From Candidatus Ozemobacteraceae bacterium (GTDB lineage Bacteria; Muiribacteriota; Ozemobacteria; Ozemobacterales; Ozemobacteraceae): DNA of 64,000 bases. The notes under the pieces are model-generated. The model had not been told where the DNA came from and did not search any database. It saw only the letters and a list, made by a program, of their open reading frames with translations. The DNA is taken from NCBI GenBank assembly GCA_965140445.1, contig OZ223236.1:4032001-4096000 (forward strand). Direction: 5' to 3'. A program made the position numbers and the translations under genes. Below, piece by piece: positions 37,975 through 44,848 of the stretch. The first letter of the stretch is position 1; each line of letters begins with the position of its first letter.

Positions 37975-39558
37975 TTATGAACAATATACTCTATAGTCTA
38001 TTTCAGGAAAAATATTATCCCGCCATTCAACTTCTTTTAGCCATCGTTCATCGACTTTTCCAGCTTTTATATCATTATAAAGTCTATTGAACCTGAATAT
38101 ATGATCTTTTGTTCTTTTTACAGCATATTCAACAGTTGTTCCAGTCTTCATAATAAAAGCCCAGTCAGAAGATTGCAAAAGCAATAATTCTCTAGCAGCT
38201 TGATTCAAAGCTCTTTCCATCAATCCTTCTGATTCCTGATAAGAATTTGCCAATTCAATCATGCGCTCTGCTGCTTTATGTAAATGTGGATAAATCCAAT
38301 CATTGTTTTTATGCAGCCAAACCTCGTTGTATCCTTTATGACCCCAGCTGGAAAGAGACGGAGTCGCAACCTGGTTCGCAGGGTATTCTGCAATGTAATC
38401 AGATGGAGTACAAAGCTTAACTACGCTACTTTGAGTAGCAATCTTTCTTAAAACAGCATGAATGAATTCGGGGCCTTCATACCACCAATGCCCAAATAAC
38501 TCAGCGTCGTATGGAGAAACCACAATGGGTTTTCGACTCATGGTCCTGGCGAGGTGTTCTATCTGACGCTCCCTGCACCACATAAAATGTCCAGCATGAA
38601 CTTCAACCTTTTCCATGGCAGCCTGAAAATTATATGGCAGCTTGTGATCGGAATCTCTTGAAGTAATCCTGTGATATTTGATTCCAGTGTTTAATCGGAT
38701 TCCTGATTCATGAATGTAAGGATGAATATACTCAAGATCCAAATCAAATCCTATATCCCTGTAGAACTCTCTGTAGTCAAGATCGCCAGGATAACCCTCG
38801 TGGGAAGACCAAACCTGGCGACTACTTTCCACATCACGGCCAAAAGCCAACATTCCGGATGGACACTGAATTGGTGCAAATGCACCAAAAGATGGTCTAG
38901 GTTGGGCAAACAAAATCCCATGAGTATCAGTAAAGAAATATTTCAAGCCGGCTTCAGCAAGCAAATTATCGTCACCGGGATTATACGCGCATTCTGCCAG
39001 CCAGATTCCGTTTGGAGAGCGATCAAAGTGCTTCCAGTAATCTCTAACAGCCAGTTCGATCTGAGCTTTTACTGCTGGGCGGTAGTTGCTCATTAGCGGC
39101 AGATAACCGTGAGTTGCGCAACAGGTAATAATTTCAAGCACACCTTGATCCTGAAAAAGTTTAAAAGCTCGAATCAGGTTGTGCTGATAATAATTAAAGG
39201 TGTCTCGAATGCGATAGAATTTTTCCCTGTATGCTAGTGCTGTTGGATAAAACTCAGGAAGCCATCTGGTTCTATTCACTTCTTTTTCAGATAATTCAAT
39301 TAGCTTATCTAGATGACGGGCATATCTTGTCATCAACAACTCGTCAGCAAGCATATTTACCAGAGGCGGTGTCAGGCTCATGGTGATCCTGAAATGAATA
39401 CCATCAGCAAGCAATTTTTCGTAAATTTGAATTAATGGAATGTAAGTTTCTGTGATTGCCTCATACAGCCATCTTTCTTCCATCATATCCGGGTGTTCCG
39501 GATGTCTTACAAAAGGAAGATGAGCGTGCAATACAAGGCTTAAATATCCCTGATGCAT
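37975..39558 (-). CDS. GH57 1,4-alpha-glucan branching enzyme (DUF1957)
   Basis: LVLHAHLPFVRHP, WLYEAITETYIP, THGYLP, GIWLAECAY, PYDAELFGHWWYEGP, RELLLLQSSDWAF. Confidence 0.95.
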   Translation of the reverse strand: MHQGYLSLVLHAHLPFVRHPEHPDMMEERWLYEAITETYIPLIQIYEKLLADGIHFRITMSLTPPLVNMLADELLMTRYARHLDKLIELSEKEVNRTRWLPEFYPTALAYREKFYRIRDTFNYYQHNLIRAFKLFQDQGVLEIITCCATHGYLPLMSNYRPAVKAQIELAVRDYWKHFDRSPNGIWLAECAYNPGDDNLLAEAGLKYFFTDTHGILFAQPRPSFGAFAPIQCPSGMLAFGRDVESSRQVWSSHEGYPGDLDYREFYRDIGFDLDLEYIHPYIHESGIRLNTGIKYHRITSRDSDHKLPYNFQAAMEKVEVHAGHFMWCRERQIEHLARTMSRKPIVVSPYDAELFGHWWYEGPEFIHAVLRKIATQSSVVKLCTPSDYIAEYPANQVATPSLSSWGHKGYNEVWLHKNNDWIYPHLHKAAERMIELANSYQESEGLMERALNQAARELLLLQSSDWAFIMKTGTTVEYAVKRTKDHIFRFNRLYNDIKAGKVDERWLKEVEWRDNIFPEIDYRVYCS

Positions 39559-39573
39559 CTATTTATACCACTC

Positions 39574-41157
39574 TTAATATGTTTGTCTTGTAACTACCGG
39601 GGTAATAACCCGCTCCATGTCACCGTCTTTGTTTACAGCTTTAACAGGAATTTCCTGAATGCCATCTGGAAGATGAAATCTTACGCTAAACGTGCCATCG
39701 GGCCTTAGTTCTATTGGAACGCCCTGAATTGTTACATTTGCGTCTGGCTCTGTTGCACCATATACGATTAATTCAGTGTTTACTACAAGCCAAAAATCTT
39801 TTCCAGTGCTTTTTTCAGCTTCTTTTATCTGTAAAGGCAGCCCTTCTGCGCCGGGAGAAGTTGGAGACCAGGAGGAAGGCATATTGTGGGAACCAGGCAT
39901 TCCCTGCTCTGAAGAAGGCAATCCTATTACACCTACAGGCCCTTCAGCCATTTCGAGGGAACCAGGCAATCCTGGCATCTTTGTCCCGTATACGATTTCT
40001 GGATTGGTCAATTCATCTGCCCCAATTACAGCTATCTTTTTACCAGCATTTGGAATTTCATGCCCAGCAATTCGCTGCACATCAGCCTTTACTTCATGAG
40101 GTCTATTTAAATCCGGTTTACCGCCCGAAACAGATTGAGGACCATAGCTTGCTGAATGCTTATGAGGAACTTCAGGAAGTGTGGCCCAATCTTTTGCTAC
40201 CCGGTCTGGCGGCGTTTGAACAAGATTACTCAAAGCAATAAAAGTATATCCCTCAGTTGGGCTTTGCAAACCAAGTTCGACCTGGTATACAGTCATAGCA
40301 CGTTCAAGGTGTATATACCAGTTACGTGCACCTTCAGTCAGTCTAATATTATGAGAGATACCATCTGAAACATTGTGCAGTCTCAAAATCAAATTGGAGT
40401 GAGCAAACTCAAAAATTCCCACTTCCATCTCAAGTCTTTTCAATTCGGCTTGAGGAAGCTGCCAATAAGCGTGAGCCCAATGCGGGTCTCTAACCTGAAG
40501 AACGATCTGAGTTTCACCGTAATCCTCAGGAATTTCACCGGACAATTCAGATTCCGGCACAGCTTCAGTGGCCTTAGAAATTTGAGGTGGAAAAACAGGA
40601 ATTTCCATGGTTGTTTTAAGAGAAGAATTCTTTTCTTCCAGGAGAGTTTTTTTGCCTCTGCCCGGAGCATCTATTTTAGCTATTGAATCTTCTTTTTTAT
40701 CTGATTTAGAAGCATTTTTTACTTCTGCCCCTTTTTGCCTTGGTTCAGAGACGCTTTCCTGCTTTTGTTTTCCAAAGGAGCGGTCTAAGCGTTGAACTTT
40801 TTTCTCGTCACCACAAACGATGCTACCTTTATCGGCTAGTGGGTTATCTGGAATTTTCTTTTTCACTTTAGACTCGCCTTTTGCTGGAACCTTAGTAGCT
40901 GACTTTACTTTTGAAGTTTCCACTTCTTTAGCTTCATCTTTTAAACTTTCTTTTTTGACCTTTTTTGTTAACGGCTCTGGGTTTTCAATCAAATCACCCT
41001 GGGTTTCAGATTTACTGTTGCAAAATGGAGCTAAAGCGTCAATTAATTGAGCTTTATTAAGCTTCGATCTTCCCTTGATGTTCAAATTTTGCGCAAGATC
41101 GTAAAGCTCCTGCCGTTTCATTTTGTTAAGTTCATCCAAGCTAAATGTGGATTTCAT
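39574..41157 (-). CDS. DUF4912 protein with N-terminal Rho-N domain
   Basis: ELYDLAQNLNIKGRSKLNKAQLI (Rho_N), P.DYGET.IVL.VRDP.WAHAYW, SN.VQTP, DFWLVVNTELIVYGATEPDA.VTI.G, DGTFS.RF.LPDG. Confidence 0.9.
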   Translation of the reverse strand: MKSTFSLDELNKMKRQELYDLAQNLNIKGRSKLNKAQLIDALAPFCNSKSETQGDLIENPEPLTKKVKKESLKDEAKEVETSKVKSATKVPAKGESKVKKKIPDNPLADKGSIVCGDEKKVQRLDRSFGKQKQESVSEPRQKGAEVKNASKSDKKEDSIAKIDAPGRGKKTLLEEKNSSLKTTMEIPVFPPQISKATEAVPESELSGEIPEDYGETQIVLQVRDPHWAHAYWQLPQAELKRLEMEVGIFEFAHSNLILRLHNVSDGISHNIRLTEGARNWYIHLERAMTVYQVELGLQSPTEGYTFIALSNLVQTPPDRVAKDWATLPEVPHKHSASYGPQSVSGGKPDLNRPHEVKADVQRIAGHEIPNAGKKIAVIGADELTNPEIVYGTKMPGLPGSLEMAEGPVGVIGLPSSEQGMPGSHNMPSSWSPTSPGAEGLPLQIKEAEKSTGKDFWLVVNTELIVYGATEPDANVTIQGVPIELRPDGTFSVRFHLPDGIQEIPVKAVNKDGDMERVITPVVTRQTY

Positions 41158-41236
41158 ACCTGACTCCCGATAAGTAGAAAAATTTTTCCAGTTTACAAAG
41201 CAATTTTGATACCACTGTCAAAGGACAATTTATAAT

Positions 41237-41347
41237 CTAGCTCTCATCAAGAAAGCTATCAATTAATGCGGGTAGAAAAACCAGGAAAAAATAATAATGC
41301 AGAGCCATAAACAAGCCAAATGCATATCCGAATATTTGAAAAAACAT
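41237..41347 (-). CDS. Putative 36-aa small membrane protein (not in ORF track)
   Basis: AGGGAG SD 7 nt before ATG; MFFQIFGYAFGLFMALHYYFFLVFLPALIDSFLDES*; starts 13 nt after the TPR gene stop. Confidence 0.5.
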   Translation of the reverse strand: MFFQIFGYAFGLFMALHYYFFLVFLPALIDSFLDES

Positions 41348-41360
41348 TCTATTTCTCCCT

Positions 41361-42497
41361 TCAATCGATCTTCTTCTCAATAGTTAGTTTAACACCAATT
41401 GAAGAGAAAAGCCCAACTGATTTTCTACCATTTCCATAGAGATCCTGAATATAGCCTCTGGTCTGGTTAACAGATGTAAAAGTCACTAAATACTTCAGGT
41501 TCTCAGTTTCAAAAACGTGGGAATTCTTTTCAATTCCATCTTCAGCAGAAAAAAGGAATTCTTGTTGCTCAGTTCCGCTACCTACGATAACGCTGAAAAA
41601 CTCAAACCTATTCTCTGGAATTCCATTGTGTTCATTGAAAGCCTTAAATGTAAAAGCCCCGTTATCCAACTGCCTTGATATTGTACCGGCTCCATTAAAG
41701 TTAAAAGATTTTTCAAAAATCATAGAACTTTCATTAGACTCAAATGGTTTTAAAGCATTTCCGGTTTTTGCGGGTTCAATATATGCAGTTCTTGCCCGAT
41801 CAAAATTAGCCAGCTTTTCTTCTGCCTGCTGAGCTTCATCAGAATCAGGATATATTATTTCAATCTGTTTAAGAGTCTCGACAGATTTTTCAACATCGCC
41901 CTTAAGCTCCAGCAAAGTTGCAAGCTTTAAAAGTCTTGTGGGCTCTTTTTCCCGGCTTTCAGAAAGATAAGTGAGATATTTTATTGAATCTTCTATTAAG
42001 CCAGATTCATCTTTAGCCATTAAAGAAGGCATAAGTCTCAAGCTGGTTAAATAATCATCAATTGCATCACGAATATTTCTTTTTTTATAAGAAGCCATTG
42101 CCTTTTTGAAAAGTCTTTCTGCCTCTTCCTTGCGAGCCATTTCTGGTAAATGCTCCAGTTTCATAATGGATCTACTTACAAGAATGTCAGGAAGACTTCC
42201 CTTCATTGCCAATTGATAATGATAGGTTGCAAAATCGTATCTGCGAATAGCCTCAAGACATTCGCCGATACGAAAATGCAATTTACTTTTTACCTCTTCG
42301 TTTGTTGTTAGAGGCATAGCTTCATAGTAAAAAATTAAGGCTTCCTTAAAATTATTCACCCTAAACATCTCTTCAGCCCTTAAAAGGGAATCCTTAAGAT
42401 TATAAGGAGGTTTTAAATTTTCATTTTGCGCCACGGAGATGCAAGGCGAAAAAAATAAACCACAAAGCAATAATTTTATTAAAACCCTATTAATCAT
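41361..42497 (-). CDS. Exported TPR-repeat protein
   Basis: Signal peptide, TPR helices (LHFRIGECLE..RRYD.A..HYQ; IYPDSDEAQQA), C-terminal beta-rich domain. Confidence 0.8.
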   Translation of the reverse strand: MINRVLIKLLLCGLFFSPCISVAQNENLKPPYNLKDSLLRAEEMFRVNNFKEALIFYYEAMPLTTNEEVKSKLHFRIGECLEAIRRYDFATYHYQLAMKGSLPDILVSRSIMKLEHLPEMARKEEAERLFKKAMASYKKRNIRDAIDDYLTSLRLMPSLMAKDESGLIEDSIKYLTYLSESREKEPTRLLKLATLLELKGDVEKSVETLKQIEIIYPDSDEAQQAEEKLANFDRARTAYIEPAKTGNALKPFESNESSMIFEKSFNFNGAGTISRQLDNGAFTFKAFNEHNGIPENRFEFFSVIVGSGTEQQEFLFSAEDGIEKNSHVFETENLKYLVTFTSVNQTRGYIQDLYGNGRKSVGLFSSIGVKLTIEKKID

Positions 42498-42502
42498 ATA
42501 GC

Positions 42503-43615
42503 CTAAAAAGCCCCCGGAAAACCGTCTGGCAAGAGATATCGAAGAATGAAATCAGTATTTCTGGTGTTTGGAACGGTTTCAATAATCAAAGATTTTTCCA
42601 AACCAGCGTCAAGATCTTTTCTAATTGCCTTTATCAAAGGAACAAGATTCAAATCTCCATTTTGAAACAATCCAAGATTTAAATGATGGTTTTTGCACGC
42701 TTCATGGTAGTTTCTTCGCGCATCAAAAAACCTTTTCAGACAATTGGAGTGGTATTCTGTTCCTTCTTCGTTTTCTGGAACAGCGTTAAACTCATTAGAT
42801 GCATCGATATATTCTTTAATACCTTTTCTCATTGCAAACTTCCGAGCTTCCCATTTATCAAGTCCCGGCAACATCTGCTGTAGAATTATGATTGAAGTGA
42901 ACTCAGAAACCTTCTGATAAAGATCTAAGCAATATTCTCCTTCAAGATGTGCTATGCCTACATTTAATACATACCCAACATCAAAATCTTTTCGGATTTT
43001 TTTAAAACCTGGAACAGACAGCCCCCCATTGCGCAAATGAAGTTTTATTCCCAGTGACTTAGCAAAAGGAACCAATTCCCCAAGAGCTTTTTTAAAGGAT
43101 TCTTCGGCCATTGGATCAAGGAACAGGCCAGGCTCAGAAACAGGCACAATTACATTTGTAACCCCATGCCTGCTAGCGAGTTCAATAATCGGTTTGCATT
43201 CATCCACCGTAAGCAGCTGATAGTCATTTTTATTAGGAATTGCAGAAGGCAAAGAAAGATAGCAAGGTTTAAAATAGACCAGACTATCTGCCCTTTTGGC
43301 AGATACCTTTTTAACAGGTCCCTCCGGTTGAGGTGGAGCTGGTGGTAAATCGTAATGCGTAGCAAAATACTCCGGAAGGGTAACAACAGTTTCAATTCCC
43401 AACCCTTGGGTTTTCATCAAAACCTGTTCATAATCCGAGCCGTATTTCTCTAGTCCTGGATCATTTACCCTAAGGTCCAGGAGATTAAATTTATCGCGCC
43501 ATTTTGCTAGTGTCCCGTTCCTGCTGATTGATATAGGTGGTGACAATGGGTCCTGGCCGCCAGTAATGCCTTGTTCAACGTAACCGACATAAAATGGTGT
43601 TTCTGGATTATTCAT
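42503..43615 (-). CDS. Hypothetical protein, possibly degenerate xylose-isomerase/AP-endonuclease-2 TIM barrel
   Basis: IELASRHGV..VIV, LGEL..FAKSLGIKLHLRN, LNVGIAH, HLNLG...GDLNL..LI..I, LIIE follow the sugar phosphate isomerase/epimerase layout. Confidence 0.55.
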   Translation of the reverse strand: MNNPETPFYVGYVEQGITGGQDPLSPPISISRNGTLAKWRDKFNLLDLRVNDPGLEKYGSDYEQVLMKTQGLGIETVVTLPEYFATHYDLPPAPPQPEGPVKKVSAKRADSLVYFKPCYLSLPSAIPNKNDYQLLTVDECKPIIELASRHGVTNVIVPVSEPGLFLDPMAEESFKKALGELVPFAKSLGIKLHLRNGGLSVPGFKKIRKDFDVGYVLNVGIAHLEGEYCLDLYQKVSEFTSIIILQQMLPGLDKWEARKFAMRKGIKEYIDASNEFNAVPENEEGTEYHSNCLKRFFDARRNYHEACKNHHLNLGLFQNGDLNLVPLIKAIRKDLDAGLEKSLIIETVPNTRNTDFILRYLLPDGFPGAF

Positions 43616-43649
43616 AGCGTGGGTATTCTAACACAAAAGAAATTAAGGC

Positions 43650-43677
43650 TCAATTTAATCAACTGTTTTACCGATAA
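43650..43677 (+). promoter_or_regulatory. Candidate sigma28 promoter of the 57-aa ORF
   Basis: TCAA-16 nt-ACCGATAA, 38 nt upstream of ATG 43716. Confidence 0.55.
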
Positions 43678-43715
43678 TAAATATAGACCAGAAAAAGTTA
43701 CATCTGGAGGCAATA

Positions 43716-43889
43716 ATGAAATTAAACAAAGAAGAAGCATACTTTATCCTCACAAACCTGGAAAACTTTGTCCAAAGGTTTGAATCATCTACTCGCAAGA
43801 AGGTCACTCCTGGTGCGTTGCAGATCATTCAAGAAATACTTACGGAAGCATCATTTCCAGGAAAGCTCGGGTCTACCAATCTTCATTGA
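43716..43889 (+). CDS. Unannotated 57-aa small protein
   Basis: GGAGG SD 5 nt before ATG; MKLNKEEAYFILTNLENFVQRFESSTRKKVTPGALQIIQEILTEASFPGKLGSTNLH*; own promoter and terminator. Confidence 0.75.
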   Translation: MKLNKEEAYFILTNLENFVQRFESSTRKKVTPGALQIIQEILTEASFPGKLGSTNLH

Positions 43890-43937
43890 TTTTTATGTAG
43901 ATTTCGGGATTGAAATTTTTAGACGTTAAAAAATTTG

Positions 43938-43968
43938 AGACGGGAAAAAAACTCCCGTCTTTTCTTTT
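43938..43968 (+). terminator. Rho-independent terminator of the 57-aa ORF
   Basis: AGACGGGA-loop-TCCCGTCT followed by TTTCTTTT on the plus strand. Confidence 0.8.
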
Positions 43969-44848
43969 ACCTTTCAGACGTATTTCCTTGAAGAATTTTT
44001 TGAACTTCTTCTTCAGTTACAAATTTTTCATACCCTCTCTGTTTTATGAGCCGATCAATATAGGCTTTTCCGTCCGGGTCTGAATCCATTTTTAACATAG
44101 CGTTTTTAATTTTTTCTTTTAAACCCGCTTCCATATCGCTTCTAACCACTAACGGATCATTTGGAATTGGCTCAGTAAGAGCAATGATCTTGATCTGCTT
44201 CCCACCATCAGAATTTTTAACCAATAAATCAGTTGAAAACACAGAAGCGGCATCAAAATCTCCTTTTAAAACCCCTTCAATACTCACAATATGGCTGTGT
44301 GTAAAAACTACGTTTGAAAAGAACTCCAGCGGTTTGATTCCATTTTTAGCAAATAGTCGATTTGGAAAAAAGAAACCTGAACCCGAAAATCTGTCTACAT
44401 AGGCAAAGGTTTTTCCTTTAAGGTCACTAATTTTTTCTATTCCAGAATCTTGTCTGGCAATAATCTGCCCGTTATAAACGACCCCATTATCTTTGTATGG
44501 GCGGCACAAAACCTCCCATTTATTATTTTTCTTTAACTCAGTATATGAGGCGTGAGAAAACCATGCCAATTGAATTTTCCCCATCTCCAAAAGCTTTGCA
44601 AGACTTTCATAATCTGAAACAGTGTTCAAACAGACAGGTCTGCCTATCTTTTGGGATAAGTATTCGTAAACCGGCGACATGTGATTTTTTAAAATCTTTG
44701 GCTGAATATATGGAATTACGCCCAGCAAAAGGGGTTGAGTGTCCTCAATAACTGGTTCAAGTTTAATTAACTCAACGCTTCCCTTAAAATAGAATCCCAA
44801 GGGAATCAAAATTACCAGTAAAAACAAGGCTAATGGTGCCCATTTCAT
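43967..44848 (-). CDS. PhnD-like phosphate/phosphite/phosphonate-binding protein, N-terminally anchored
   Basis: LGVIPY, YLSQKIGRPV, SDYE, DLKGKTFAYVD..SGSGFFFP, SH..SI..VL.G..DAA, IPNDPLVVR. Confidence 0.88.
   Translation of the reverse strand: MKWAPLALFLLVILIPLGFYFKGSVELIKLEPVIEDTQPLLLGVIPYIQPKILKNHMSPVYEYLSQKIGRPVCLNTVSDYESLAKLLEMGKIQLAWFSHASYTELKKNNKWEVLCRPYKDNGVVYNGQIIARQDSGIEKISDLKGKTFAYVDRFSGSGFFFPNRLFAKNGIKPLEFFSNVVFTHSHIVSIEGVLKGDFDAASVFSTDLLVKNSDGGKQIKIIALTEPIPNDPLVVRSDMEAGLKEKIKNAMLKMDSDPDGKAYIDRLIKQRGYEKFVTEEEVQKILQGNTSER

Noticed and set aside
39714..40241. 175-aa plus-strand ORF and other short antisense ORFs throughout the track
   Set aside because: Fully overlap well-supported genes on the opposite strand with no motifs or translation signals.
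43571..43783. 70-aa ORF in the track
   Set aside because: Overlaps the start of the minus-strand gene and lacks an SD; the 57-aa ORF at 43716-43889 in another frame has SD, promoter and terminator.
43967..44848. Phosphonate ABC transporter (phnCDE)
   Set aside because: No ATPase or permease gene adjacent; only the binding-protein fold is present.
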